Assembly (NCBI GenBank): GCA_937127245.1
Contig: CAKZLU010000048.1
Location: 9,028-73,027 of the forward strand
Reading direction: 5' to 3'
Origin: an uncultured Actinomycetes bacterium
GTDB lineage: Bacteria > Actinomycetota > Geothermincolia > Fen-727 > JACVIW01
Length of the DNA: 64,000 nt
The first letter of the stretch is position 1; each line of letters starts with the position of its first letter. A program made the position numbers and the translations under genes. Below are positions 8,622 to 19,105 of this stretch, one piece after another. The notes beneath the pieces were generated by a model that was given only the letters and a program-made list of their open reading frames with translations, did no database searches and had not been told where the DNA came from.

Positions 8622-9989
8622 ATGGATGATTTTACTTCCGGCGAAAAGTACGACAGTCAGACTCCGCGGGCCTACGGGTCTGGCGCCGGGGAATTTTATC
8701 CGGGTTCAACGGGGAGCGTTAAGCCGTCGCCTCCTGGAGCCCGGGGCTCGAGCCCGGTCCCGCCGCTCTCCACGGGCTCTTACGCGGGAGAGGGATTTAC
8801 AGGCGGTCCTTCGGGCTTTCCCGGGGCAAGCGGCAAGCGCCAAGGGCGGTGGAGGTCATTTGCGATGTCTTTTGTCGCGGGGATTGTGGGCGCGCTTCTG
8901 GTGCTTTTGTTGTTTCCCTGGGCGTTCGGGGTTAACCCCGCTGACATAATCACTGGACGGCTTCGGAAAGCTTCATCCGGCGGGAGTTTAGTGGAGTCGG
9001 AAAAAACGGTGAAGGTTGTTAGTCCGGCGGGCGGTCAGATGACGGTTGCCGAGATCGCGAAAAAGATAACGCCGTCTATCGTGCATATCGACACAAAGAA
9101 AGTTCAGAGTTCCATTTTCGGTTTCGAACTCGGCGTCCAGGAAGGAACTGGTTCCGGCGTGATATACGATTCAAATGGATACATCCTTACCAACCACCAC
9201 GTGGTCGGGGATGCTACCGAGATTAAAGTTACTCTGGCGAGCGGAGAAGAACTTGATGGCAGGAAAATAGGGTCTGACAGAGATAATGACATAGCGGTTG
9301 TGAAAGTGGACAGGTCAAATCTTCCTGCGCTCGATATAGGAGATTCGGACAGTCTTATAGTGGGGGAACTGGCTGTAGCGGTTGGAAGTCCTTTCGGGTT
9401 TGAACAGAGCGTTACGAGTGGCATAATAAGCGCGTTGCACAGGAATGTTTCAGTGACCGTTGACACTGGCGAAACGATAGTGCTCACGGATTTAATCCAG
9501 ACTGACGCGGCGATAAACCCGGGGAACAGCGGAGGGGCTCTTTGCGACTCGAATGCGAAGTTAATTGGGATAAATACATTGATCGCCTCGCAGTCCGGGG
9601 GGTCTGAGGGCGTTGGTTTCGCGATACCGATTAAGACAGCGAAGAGGATAGCCGACGATATCATCGCGGGGCGCCCGATTTCCCACCCATACATTGGCAT
9701 AACCGGTCAAACCGTGAGCGAGGAAATAGCGAAAAAGTATGAGCTCCCCACGACAAGCGGAGCATATGTGACATCGGTATTCCCGGGGGGACCCGCGGAC
9801 AAGGCTGGAATAGTTCAAGGGGATATTATCGTGGGGGTTGACGGCAAGCAGATAAAATCAATGGATGACCTTATTGCCGAAATACGAAAGAGAAATGTTG
9901 GCGACTCCATGCTTGTTGAGTTCTACTCCGGTAAAAACAGGAAGAGCGCCCGGGTAAAACTTGAGGAAAAACCAAGAACGCTTGAATGA
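8622..9989 (+). CDS. htrA: HtrA/DegP-like membrane-anchored serine protease with PDZ domain
   Basis: TNHHVV, DIAVVK, QTDAAINPGNSGG catalytic triad; single TM helix; C-terminal PDZ; low-complexity G/S/P N-terminus. Confidence 0.93.
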   Translation: MDDFTSGEKYDSQTPRAYGSGAGEFYPGSTGSVKPSPPGARGSSPVPPLSTGSYAGEGFTGGPSGFPGASGKRQGRWRSFAMSFVAGIVGALLVLLLFPWAFGVNPADIITGRLRKASSGGSLVESEKTVKVVSPAGGQMTVAEIAKKITPSIVHIDTKKVQSSIFGFELGVQEGTGSGVIYDSNGYILTNHHVVGDATEIKVTLASGEELDGRKIGSDRDNDIAVVKVDRSNLPALDIGDSDSLIVGELAVAVGSPFGFEQSVTSGIISALHRNVSVTVDTGETIVLTDLIQTDAAINPGNSGGALCDSNAKLIGINTLIASQSGGSEGVGFAIPIKTAKRIADDIIAGRPISHPYIGITGQTVSEEIAKKYELPTTSGAYVTSVFPGGPADKAGIVQGDIIVGVDGKQIKSMDDLIAEIRKRNVGDSMLVEFYSGKNRKSARVKLEEKPRTLE

Positions 9990-10122
9990 ATTTAAACCGC
10001 GCCAGTTTTGACAGCGAGAATCATAGCCGAGGAGAAAGGCGCGCCTGGTCCGCCGCTTGAATCTTGACTGATTATTGTTAAAAGGTTGAATGCTTGGGAA
10101 TCCTGACTGATACGGAAAACGC

Positions 10123-11787
10123 ATGAGAGACGTAATAATTGATCTCATCGAGAAAGCCATAGGGGAGGCGAAAAGTAGAGGGATTCTTCCCAATGTGCCC
10201 GTTGCGAACATAGAACTTGAGCGACCGAAAAGGAAGGAGCACGGCGATTGGGCAACCAACATCGCTTTACTGGTTGCCTCACGCGCCAGTAGGCCCGCGC
10301 GGGAAATCGCTGAAGCGATTGTTGAATGCATGGAAAAAGAATCACAAATCCTTACTCAAATAGATGTGGCTGGTCCAGGTTTCATAAACTTTCGATTGAG
10401 CCCCCGTTTCATAAGACGTGTTCTTTTCGAGATTCATCAAAAGGGTTCGGATTTTGGAAAGTCATCGATCGGTGGAGGTCGGAGGGTTCAGGTTGAGTTT
10501 GTGAGCGCAAATCCTGTGGGTCCGCTCCACGTGGGTCACGGCAGATGGGCGGCTCTCGGTGACGCTCTCGCTAATGTTATGGGTTATGCGGGCTACAAAG
10601 TTGAACGCGAGTTTTATATCAACGATTACGGCAGCCAGATGGAGAAGTTCGGGCGCTCGATCTGCTCCCGTTACCTGGAGCTGGTCGGGAAAGAGTATCG
10701 TTTTCCGGAAGACGGATATGCCGGTGAGTATATAAAGGATATCGCAAAAAGAATATACGAAGAACACGGCGACGCTCTTGCGCATCTGGATGAAAGGCAA
10801 TTAGTTGACAGACTCATTGAAATGGAATACCCGCGGATGCTTGAGAGCATTAAAGGAACACTAAAAAGGATGGGTGTGGAGTTTGACGTTTGGTTCAGCG
10901 AGCGGGAGTTATATCGGAGGGGCGATGTTGATGAGACTCTGAGTATGCTCGAAGAGAAGGGGGAGGCTTACTGGCATGAGGGCGCACTCTGGCTTAAGAC
11001 TTCCTCTTACGGGGACGAAAAGGACAGGGTTCTCATAAGAAGTAATGGGGAGCCAACCTACTTCGCCTCTGATGTAGCCTATCATCGCGACAAGATGGAG
11101 CGCGGATTCGATCTTGTTATCAACATCTGGGGGGCTGACCACCACGGCTATGTCCCTCGTATGAAAGCTGGGATGAAGGCTTTGGGATACGACCCATCAG
11201 CTCTTGAGGTTATATTGGGACAGCTCGTCAAACTTTACAGAGGAGGGGAGCCTGTGACGATGTCGAAAAGGACGGGCGAAATCATTACCCTTGATGAGCT
11301 ACTTGACGAGGTCGGCGTTGACGCGAGCAGATATTTCTTCCTGCAGCGCTCGAGCGACTCACATTTGGATTTTGACATAGACCTCGCAAAGAAGGAATCG
11401 CCTGAAAACCCTGTATTCTACGTTCAGTACGCGCACGCAAGAATCTGCAGCATTTTGAGGTACGCGAAAGAGGTTGGGGCTGACGATTCTGTTCCAACGG
11501 AAGAGGAATTGGATTTGCTGAGCACCGAACCGGAGATGGACCTTTGTAAAAAACTCGGGGAGCTCGAAGATGTTGTTGAGTTTTGCGCGGAGAAAAGGGC
11601 GCCCCACAGACTTACCGGGTACGCTGAAGAGCTTGCCGCTTTGTTTCATGCTTTTTACAGAGATTGCAGGGTAATCAGCGATGACGCGGCGCTAACAAGA
11701 GCCAGAATTTTTGCGGTTAAAGGGGTCAAACAGGTTTTGATGACGGTGCTGGGCATGCTCGGCGTCAGCGCTCCAGAGGAAATGTGA
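10123..11787 (+). CDS. argS: Arginine--tRNA ligase
   Basis: VEFVSANPVGPLHVGHGR, WGADHHGY, MSKRTG, YVQYAHAR. Confidence 0.97.
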   Translation: MRDVIIDLIEKAIGEAKSRGILPNVPVANIELERPKRKEHGDWATNIALLVASRASRPAREIAEAIVECMEKESQILTQIDVAGPGFINFRLSPRFIRRVLFEIHQKGSDFGKSSIGGGRRVQVEFVSANPVGPLHVGHGRWAALGDALANVMGYAGYKVEREFYINDYGSQMEKFGRSICSRYLELVGKEYRFPEDGYAGEYIKDIAKRIYEEHGDALAHLDERQLVDRLIEMEYPRMLESIKGTLKRMGVEFDVWFSERELYRRGDVDETLSMLEEKGEAYWHEGALWLKTSSYGDEKDRVLIRSNGEPTYFASDVAYHRDKMERGFDLVINIWGADHHGYVPRMKAGMKALGYDPSALEVILGQLVKLYRGGEPVTMSKRTGEIITLDELLDEVGVDASRYFFLQRSSDSHLDFDIDLAKKESPENPVFYVQYAHARICSILRYAKEVGADDSVPTEEELDLLSTEPEMDLCKKLGELEDVVEFCAEKRAPHRLTGYAEELAALFHAFYRDCRVISDDAALTRARIFAVKGVKQVLMTVLGMLGVSAPEEM

Positions 11788-12629
11788 GGAAGATGCGCTT
11801 CGGTTATCACGTGAGGGTTAAAGAGAAGCTTGCCACCGCGTTGGATGAAGGCTCGACCGCCGGCTGCGATACCATCCAGATTTTTCCTGGTCCTCCTCAG
11901 CAGTGGGGAACACCGAATGTCAGTCGTGAGGATATTGAAGAGTTCAGGTCCCGAAAGGAAGAAACAAAGATAGATCCGGTGACAATCCACTCGATATATC
12001 TCGTAAATCTGGCTGCTCCTGATGAATCAATATACAGAAGGTCAATAGGGTCTCTGGTTAGCGCTCTTAAGAGGGCGGATGAAATAGGAGCTTACGCGGT
12101 CGTAACGCATATCGGAAACCACAAAGGTAAGGGTGAGGTTTACGGAATTGAGAGGATTGCCTCCGCTGTGACATCTGTATTTGAGAAGTTCAAAGGAGAA
12201 GCAATGCTCCTTTTGGAGACAACCGCCGGCTCAGGGACTTCCATAGGGCACACTTTCGAGCAATTTGGAAGCGTGTTTTCAAGCGCGGGTTTTCCCGAAA
12301 AACTTGGTTTTTGCCTGGACACATGTCACGTTTACGCGGCGGGTTACGATGTTTCATCTGTCGAGGGACTCGAAAAGACATTGGGTGATATAGATAAGAA
12401 TATGGGACTGGAAAGGCTCAAACTGCTGCATCTTAACGACTCCCTTGGTGGTCTCGGCTCCCGAGTTGACCGGCACGCTCACATCGGTGAGGGGAAAATT
12501 GGTCTGGATGGGTTCCGGAATATTGTCAACCATCCTCTTTTAAAAGAACTGCCGGCTATCTGCGAGGTGCCCTACGAATCTAACGGCGGAAAGGACATTG
12601 CCCTGCTCCGCTCGCTTGAGAACAAGTAG
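11784..12629 (+). CDS. nfo: Endonuclease IV
   Basis: HSIYLVNLA, LLETTAG, CLDTCH, HLNDS, DRHAHIG zinc-binding motifs. Confidence 0.92.
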   Translation: MRKMRFGYHVRVKEKLATALDEGSTAGCDTIQIFPGPPQQWGTPNVSREDIEEFRSRKEETKIDPVTIHSIYLVNLAAPDESIYRRSIGSLVSALKRADEIGAYAVVTHIGNHKGKGEVYGIERIASAVTSVFEKFKGEAMLLLETTAGSGTSIGHTFEQFGSVFSSAGFPEKLGFCLDTCHVYAAGYDVSSVEGLEKTLGDIDKNMGLERLKLLHLNDSLGGLGSRVDRHAHIGEGKIGLDGFRNIVNHPLLKELPAICEVPYESNGGKDIALLRSLENK

Positions 12630-12813
12630 CCTTCTCTCGCTTAGAAGTTCTTCAAGGGAAAATCAGTTGAATTCGTTTGGTGGTCAATTTTTCATGGCGT
12701 TGAGTTGCGCAAGCGCAGGATTTCGGAAGGATTTTTTCCCCGAAAGAACAGAAGAGGAAAAATTTAGCTGGTGAAAACCGGAAAGACCTCACCTCATTTC
12801 ATCAAAGCATTAC

Positions 12814-13080
12814 CTATTCTTCCTCCGAAACACTCATTTCGTGGATTTCGGATAGCCTCTCTAAAGCCGCCTCGCAATTGACAAAAGCGGTTTTGAGGGC
12901 GGAGGCGACATCCTCCAGTCTTACGGACACGACTGGCATCCCCCTGTTTTTGGTGATGTTCGCCCAGTGTTCGGCTGCTCTGGCTTCGTTCTTGATCCGT
13001 TCGGACATGCTTCTTAGTGCTGTCTTGTAAGGCACGAAATCAGGTTTGCCCATGTGCACTGCACACACCTCCGGTACCAT
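12814..13080 (-). CDS. Hypothetical small helical protein
   Basis: GGAGG RBS just upstream of in-frame GTG/ATG starts near 13059/13053; helical composition; no family recognised. Confidence 0.45.
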   Translation of the reverse strand: MVPEVCAVHMGKPDFVPYKTALRSMSERIKNEARAAEHWANITKNRGMPVVSVRLEDVASALKTAFVNCEAALERLSEIHEMSVSEEE

Positions 13081-13243
13081 GCTGGTGGAAGCTCTTGACC
13101 CACTTACAAACTGATGCGGGGTTCCTTCTAGTTACCTTATACTGTAAAGGAAGGCAGTTCCCTGCTATTATTCTATAAATATAGGGTTGAGGTTTGCTTT
13201 TCAGAATTAGGAAATTTTCGATTTTCACCAGTGGGAGGGCTTT

Positions 13244-14509
13244 TTGGACTACTTCGAATATAAGAATGGGGTCTTATATTGCGAGGATCTTAGAGTCTCG
13301 TCTATCGCCGAAAAGGTGGGAACCCCCTTTTATCTGTATAGCCATAACACGTTGAGGCGTCATTACCGCGTACTCGATGAGGCTTTTAGCGAAGTCCCGC
13401 ATATCATTTGTTTCTCCGTGAAGGCAAACAGCAATGTCGCGATTCTGAAAGCGCTTGCCAACGAGGGCGCGGGCGCTGATGTTGTCTCTGGCGGCGAAAT
13501 TTTCAGGGCTTTGAGGGCGGGAATTGAGCCCTCGAAAATCGTTTTCGCCGGGCTCGGCAAGACTGTCTCGGAGATTGAATACGCGCTTCGGGAAAAGATT
13601 TTGATGATAAACGTGGAATCAAGTGATGAGCTCATGCTCATAAACGAGCTCGCGCAAAAGATGGGCGTTGTGGCGCCGATCGCTTTAAGGGTGAATCCCG
13701 ATATTGATCCGCAAACTCACCCCCGCATCGCGACAGGCTTGAAGGAGAGTAAGTTTGGAATACCACTTGCTCAAGCGATGGCCGAATATGAGGTGGCAAG
13801 CAAGCTTCCGGGAGTAAATCCAATAGGAGTTCATCAGCATATAGGTTCCCAAATACTCCAACCTGGACCTTTTGAGGAAAGCCTTAAGAAAATAACAAAC
13901 CTGTTCAACAGTCTGAGGGTTTTGAACGTGGATATACGCTACATAAACATCGGCGGGGGCTTTGGGATTCAATATACCGAGGAAGAACCGCTCGGTCCGG
14001 ACAGATTCGCCGAAGCCATCATTCCCATCGTGAGGGAAAGCGGTTGCACGATCATACTCGAGATAGGCAGGATGATTTGCGGTAATTCCGGTATCCTGGT
14101 TACCAGAGTCTTATACAACAAGTCAAGCGGTAGCAAAAGGTTCGTTGTCGTTGATGCTGGAATGAATGATTTGCTGAGGCCGAGCTTGTACGGGGCGGAG
14201 CACAGGATTGAGCCCGTGGTAATTCGTCAAGGGGCTCCTGTTGTGGAAGTTGATGTCGTAGGTCCAATATGCGAGTCCGGGGATTTTCTTGCAAAGAACA
14301 GAAAACTGCCGAAGGTCGAGCAGGGCGACTTACTTGCCGTGTTCACCGCAGGCGCCTACGGTTTCACCATGGCTTCGAACTATAACTCTCGCCCCAAGCC
14401 TGCGGAAGTTTTCGTATCAGGGGACAAAGCGTTTCTAATAAGAAAAAGGGAAACATACGAGGATTTGGTGCGCGGTGAGGCGGTTCCCCGGGATCTCGAA
14501 CCGGCGTGA
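13244..14509 (+). CDS. lysA: Diaminopimelate decarboxylase
   Basis: FSVKANSN (PLP lysine), HQHIGSQ, NIGGGFG, VGPICESGD, GAYGFTMASNYNSRP. Confidence 0.96.
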   Translation: MDYFEYKNGVLYCEDLRVSSIAEKVGTPFYLYSHNTLRRHYRVLDEAFSEVPHIICFSVKANSNVAILKALANEGAGADVVSGGEIFRALRAGIEPSKIVFAGLGKTVSEIEYALREKILMINVESSDELMLINELAQKMGVVAPIALRVNPDIDPQTHPRIATGLKESKFGIPLAQAMAEYEVASKLPGVNPIGVHQHIGSQILQPGPFEESLKKITNLFNSLRVLNVDIRYINIGGGFGIQYTEEEPLGPDRFAEAIIPIVRESGCTIILEIGRMICGNSGILVTRVLYNKSSGSKRFVVVDAGMNDLLRPSLYGAEHRIEPVVIRQGAPVVEVDVVGPICESGDFLAKNRKLPKVEQGDLLAVFTAGAYGFTMASNYNSRPKPAEVFVSGDKAFLIRKRETYEDLVRGEAVPRDLEPA

Positions 14510-14739
14510 TTTTGTGCGCTGACACTGTGCCTGATTTCACATGTTTGCAGTTAACGGTCAATAGCTCTAAAATCGCACATCATTTACAGTGACCCCAAGC
14601 CTCTTCCCGCTTAGGCTTTCAATTATAGGAATCAGGCCGGGCGGAGTATTTTAACAGTTTGTTTTCTGGTTCACTGTGTTCATGACGGACAAAACCTCTG
14701 TACTTGTCGTTACGGGCTACTTTGTAAGGGAGGTTTTTC

Positions 14740-16032
14740 ATGAGCGGCGCTGTTGTCTCTATTGTGAGGATTGGCGATGACTTAAGGAGCGCTGCACGGA
14801 GGGTTCTCGATAGCGGCGGAGTTTCCGAACTCATAAGATCCAGACCCCAGGAGGTATATATCAAGGTCAACGCGGTGGATTTTAAGCCTTATTCCTTCAC
14901 CAGCCCGGAGGTCGTTTCGGAGGTTATTGATTACTGCCATGAGCACGGCGCGAAAAAGATATTCATAATGGATAACTCCACACAGGGAAATATCACGAGA
15001 CTTGTGTTTGAGATAAGCGGTTTTACAAGGCTTGCGGATTCAAAGCGGGCGGAGGCACTCTACCTTGATGAGGGTAAGCGCTCTGAGATAATGCTGCCCC
15101 GGATGGGGTACAGCGTGAGGGTTTCGGAAGTGGTCAGGCGTATAATCGATAACAGACCCCGTGTTTGCTACATAAATGTTCCGAGGCTCAAGACCCATTC
15201 AATGACTGTTTTAACCGGCGGAATCAAGAATCAATACGGCTTTATTGACCATCATGACCGTTCGGTTGACCATAACTATCTGCTACACAAGAAACTCGCC
15301 GACTTGTATTCGGTGATTCAGCCTGACTTCACTCTTGTAGATGGCACGGTTGCCACGATATACGGTCATTATCCGCCCGTCGCGCTTCATGATAAGGCAT
15401 TGGTGCCCTTAAACATACTGATTGGTGGAAGCGACACGCTTGCTGTGGATGTGGTGTGCGCGAGAGTGCTTGGTTACGAGTTGGAAGAGGTTCCACATCT
15501 TTTAGAGGCTGCTCGGGCAGGACTTGGCGTGTATGACCTTAAGGATATCAGGATTGAGGCAGATCCGCTTTCCGCTTTTAGGGAAAAGTATCCCTACGGA
15601 ATTTTCGACAAGTTTCCGCCAGATGTGAGAATAATAAGGGGTACGGAAAAGAACTGCCTTGAGGGGTGCAATGCCAATACGCTCGCGCTTCTTCAGGTGC
15701 TGTGGCTTGATTTCGGGGGAAAAGGAGGCTTTACGATCTTGATGGGAAAGGGCTTCAACCTAAAGGAGGTCGAATCGGTGGAGGGAAGAGCGTTTCTTGC
15801 CGGTAAGTGCGCTTATGAAGAGCTGGGTTCTTATCTTGAGAAGAAACTTGGGCGGAAGAATGTTCTTTTCACGAATGAATGCAACGACCTTGCTGGCATA
15901 ACCGCTTCTCTCACCAAACTTATGGGGGTAAGCCCGTTAAGGATGGTGCCGCTCAATCCTTTGAAATCATTTATGCTCCTTCTTAAGGCAAGAATTCACG
16001 GTTCAACCGCGAGAATCCCACCGCTTTTTTAA
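14740..16032 (+). CDS. DUF362 domain protein
   Basis: VYIKVN, PRLKTHSMT, GGIKNQYG, DTLAVD motifs; C-terminal Cys-containing extension (CLEGC). Confidence 0.8.
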   Translation: MSGAVVSIVRIGDDLRSAARRVLDSGGVSELIRSRPQEVYIKVNAVDFKPYSFTSPEVVSEVIDYCHEHGAKKIFIMDNSTQGNITRLVFEISGFTRLADSKRAEALYLDEGKRSEIMLPRMGYSVRVSEVVRRIIDNRPRVCYINVPRLKTHSMTVLTGGIKNQYGFIDHHDRSVDHNYLLHKKLADLYSVIQPDFTLVDGTVATIYGHYPPVALHDKALVPLNILIGGSDTLAVDVVCARVLGYELEEVPHLLEAARAGLGVYDLKDIRIEADPLSAFREKYPYGIFDKFPPDVRIIRGTEKNCLEGCNANTLALLQVLWLDFGGKGGFTILMGKGFNLKEVESVEGRAFLAGKCAYEELGSYLEKKLGRKNVLFTNECNDLAGITASLTKLMGVSPLRMVPLNPLKSFMLLLKARIHGSTARIPPLF

Positions 16033-16072
16033 CGAAGGGGCCACGCTGGTTTTACGGTTTGGGAGAGTTGAA

Positions 16073-16807
16073 TTGAGTGAAAAAAACATGCGACTTAAAG
16101 AAAAAGCGAAGGAAGTGCATCTGCGCCTTAGCAGGGCTTTTGGAGAGAAGCTTGTATTGAGCGGCAGGAGTCTTGTCCTTGAGCTAATTCACGCGATCCT
16201 TTCTCAGAATACCTCAAGAAAAAACTACAACCTTGCTTATGAAAGGCTTGTTGAGAGGTTTCCCACCGCTGCCGAGATCGCCAGCGCGGATGAGCGTGAA
16301 ATCGAAGAAGCCATTAGACCAGGGGGTCTTTCGAGGCAAAAATCTGCCGTGATAAAGTCGGTTCTTAATCAGTTGGAGAAGATTGACAAAAATTATTCAA
16401 TTGAGTTTCTCAAAGATTTGCCGGTTGACAGCGCAAGAGCTTTTCTTACTTCCCTCGGCGGTGTTGGACCGAAGACCGCCTCGGTTGTTTTAATGTTCGG
16501 CGCCGGGAAAAAGGTGCTCCCAGTTGATACCCACGTGTTGAGAACGGCTAAGAGGATCGGGCTCATAGGCGCAAATGTAAACACAAAGAGGGCTGAGCGG
16601 GAACTGGAGGCTCTATTTCCGCCTCGTTTAAGACCAGAGGTCCACCTTAATCTCGTCAGGCTTGGTCGTGAAATTTGCAAAGCTCGAGCAACCCTGTGTG
16701 AGATATGCCCGGTAAACCCGTGCTGCGATTGGTATGCTTCATCATCTTTGAGTAAAGTACATTCGCAGTCCAAAAATTGGGGTGAGTCTTTCAGAAAATT
16801 TGGTTAG
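16073..16807 (+). CDS. nth: Endonuclease III family DNA glycosylase
   Basis: ILSQNT, HhH GVGPKTA, PVDTHV, Fe-S motif Cx6Cx2Cx5C. Confidence 0.88.
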   Translation: MSEKNMRLKEKAKEVHLRLSRAFGEKLVLSGRSLVLELIHAILSQNTSRKNYNLAYERLVERFPTAAEIASADEREIEEAIRPGGLSRQKSAVIKSVLNQLEKIDKNYSIEFLKDLPVDSARAFLTSLGGVGPKTASVVLMFGAGKKVLPVDTHVLRTAKRIGLIGANVNTKRAERELEALFPPRLRPEVHLNLVRLGREICKARATLCEICPVNPCCDWYASSSLSKVHSQSKNWGESFRKFG

Positions 16808-16969
16808 TTAGTTTCCCGTGAGGTGTTTTAAAGCGGCTCGAGATTTGCAACCCGCAAGCGCTGTCGTTTCCTTGGGGGATACTGCTGATGATAGAATAAT
16901 CGCTATAATAATGTGGTTTTTGCATCTGGGAGAAATTTAACCTGCTTTTTGTGTTTGAGGGACCAGCCT

Positions 16970-18955
16970 ATGTCGTGGTTTTTAGAGCTGCTGGAAAAAC
17001 TAAAGGGGAGAATAGCTTCGCACGCGCTTGAGTATTTCTCCGGGGTTCCTGAAAGACTCTACGGAATAAAGGCGATAGATACCGTAAGCAAGGAGATGGA
17101 GTCAACCCTCGGAATGCTCATATCCTGCTTAAAAGGTAGCTCTCGCTCAAAGATAATTGAAAAATGGGAGACTATCGGACGCGAGTCATCGGAGCATCAC
17201 TATTCCCTTTCCGAGATACCCGATATTCCCGGCGCGCTGAAAAGCGCCATCTGGCACGTGGTTTTCGAAGAGTGTGAACGTGAGGGAAAACGGTTTTCCG
17301 AACTGATAGATTCGATGATGGATGTTGATTCATTGCTTAATGAGTGCTGGGCGGCGATGATCGAGAGTTACTTCTCGACCAGAGACATTGAGTTCATGAC
17401 GAAGAGCGCGAAAATGGAGGCGCTGATCTCCCTTTCGCGCGTTCTTTCCTCGGAAAAGGATAAAGAGAAGATTTATTCATACGTCACCGAAAGGGTGGCG
17501 GATATTTGCGGGCAGACAAGATGCACGCTTATGGTGGTTGAAAAGGGTGACACGCCATGCCCTGTTTCTTCCAATTTCCCCGAGAGCGTTCGTATGTTGC
17601 AATCCGTTCCACTGGCGAGACTCAAACTGGTCCTCGATGTTGTTTCCAAGGGTGAGCCCGCTCTCCTGGTCAGGGGTCCGCAATCGAGGCAGGAGATAAA
17701 TGACCTATTAAGGGCTTACGGGGCGTCCTCGCTTCTGGTGATTCCCGTGAGATCTGAGGACCGAACTCTCGGCATACTACTGCTTGACCAGGTAAGAGAG
17801 GGTGAGTTTTCAAAAGAAAGAATTGAGCTTGCCAAAGTGGCTGCTGATCACGTAGCGCTCGTTTTGGAAAAGAACCAGCTTTTGATTGAGGTAGATTCCA
17901 TGCTTAAGCAGCTTGACGCGATCAACGTTGTCGCTAAGTCTGTTTCGGAAAAACTCGGGCTGAAGGAGCAGCTTGAAACCTTTTTGGGCATCGCTTCCAC
18001 GATTCTCAAGGCTTCAGCCGCGGTGATTTTTCTTCCCGAGGAGATGTTTAACAGCCTGCGCGTCGCCGCTTCTTTCGGCGAGATTGAGCCGCCCCAAGGG
18101 ATGGCGTTGAACAGGGTTGCCGAGTGGGTGCTTGAACACGGAGAGTTGTGCGCTCTTGATCCCGAAACAATCCAGATGAGATTTGATAATCTGAGCATCG
18201 GTTCTAAAGTGTGCGCAGCTGTGCCCCTCATGGTAAGGGACAAACCTGTTGGCGTGATGGCGGTCGTCCGCGGTGAGCAGGAAGGACCTTTCCACCGAAC
18301 GGATCTCGAGGTTTTTTCCAATTTTGCTTCGCAGGCGGCGGTGGCAATAGAGAACACCCAACTTTATGAAAGACTTCAAAACATATATCTCGGGATAATA
18401 GCCTCCCTTGCCGCCGCGATAGAAGCGCGGGACCCGTATACTGTCGGTCACTCCGCTCGAGTGACTAAGTATGCCGTGGCGACCGCCGAAGCGATGGGAC
18501 TTTCTGATGACGAGTTAGAGGAAATCAGGCTTGCCGGTCTTCTGCATGACCTGGGCAAGATAGGAATTCCCGATGAGGTTCTCAACAAACCTGGACCTCT
18601 CACTGATGATGAATTTATGCTTATCAAAACGCATCCCGCCCTGAGCATGAGAATCTTAGAGCCTCTCCCGCATTTAGGAAGCATAGTGCCGATAATTTAC
18701 AATCACCATGAAAGATTCAACGGTTCCGGTTATGTTGAGGGAAAAGCCGGTGATAGCATTCCGTTGGGTGCGAGAATAATCGCTGTGGCGGATGCTTTTG
18801 AGGCAATGACGTCAGACAGACCCTACAGGTCTGCCTTATCAAAGGAAGAGGCTATAGCCGAGTTAAGGAAGGGCTCTGGCACACAGTTTGACCCGGAAGT
18901 TGTGGATGTATTTTTCAAAGTCCTTGAAGAGAGTTCAAAAACGCTCTCGGAATAG
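16970..18955 (+). CDS. GAF-GAF-HD-GYP cyclic di-nucleotide phosphodiesterase
   Basis: Two GAF-like segments; ARDPYTVGHS, HDLGKIG, HHERFNGSGY(V), IAVADAFEAMTSDRPYR. Start at ATG 16970. Confidence 0.88.
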   Translation: MSWFLELLEKLKGRIASHALEYFSGVPERLYGIKAIDTVSKEMESTLGMLISCLKGSSRSKIIEKWETIGRESSEHHYSLSEIPDIPGALKSAIWHVVFEECEREGKRFSELIDSMMDVDSLLNECWAAMIESYFSTRDIEFMTKSAKMEALISLSRVLSSEKDKEKIYSYVTERVADICGQTRCTLMVVEKGDTPCPVSSNFPESVRMLQSVPLARLKLVLDVVSKGEPALLVRGPQSRQEINDLLRAYGASSLLVIPVRSEDRTLGILLLDQVREGEFSKERIELAKVAADHVALVLEKNQLLIEVDSMLKQLDAINVVAKSVSEKLGLKEQLETFLGIASTILKASAAVIFLPEEMFNSLRVAASFGEIEPPQGMALNRVAEWVLEHGELCALDPETIQMRFDNLSIGSKVCAAVPLMVRDKPVGVMAVVRGEQEGPFHRTDLEVFSNFASQAAVAIENTQLYERLQNIYLGIIASLAAAIEARDPYTVGHSARVTKYAVATAEAMGLSDDELEEIRLAGLLHDLGKIGIPDEVLNKPGPLTDDEFMLIKTHPALSMRILEPLPHLGSIVPIIYNHHERFNGSGYVEGKAGDSIPLGARIIAVADAFEAMTSDRPYRSALSKEEAIAELRKGSGTQFDPEVVDVFFKVLEESSKTLSE

Positions 18956-19105
18956 AATGGCTTGCATGTCCAACCTTTTCTTGCCCGTGATTACCATTTT
19001 TGTTTGTTCGCTTCTCTTTGAATGACATTCCTCATGCGTTAAGCCCTCATTTTTAGGTTATTATCTTTGTCGGTAAGCGATGTCCCTTGAAAGGGGTGAA
19101 CCGTT

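Noticed and set aside
9990-10122. T-box leader for argS (also checked before gltX, cysE and cysS)
   Set aside because: No GGTGGxACCGCG T-box sequence or leader terminator, and the spacers are too short.
13081-13243. Lysine riboswitch ahead of lysA
   Set aside because: No recognisable L-box consensus, and the space is shared with a divergent gene's upstream region.
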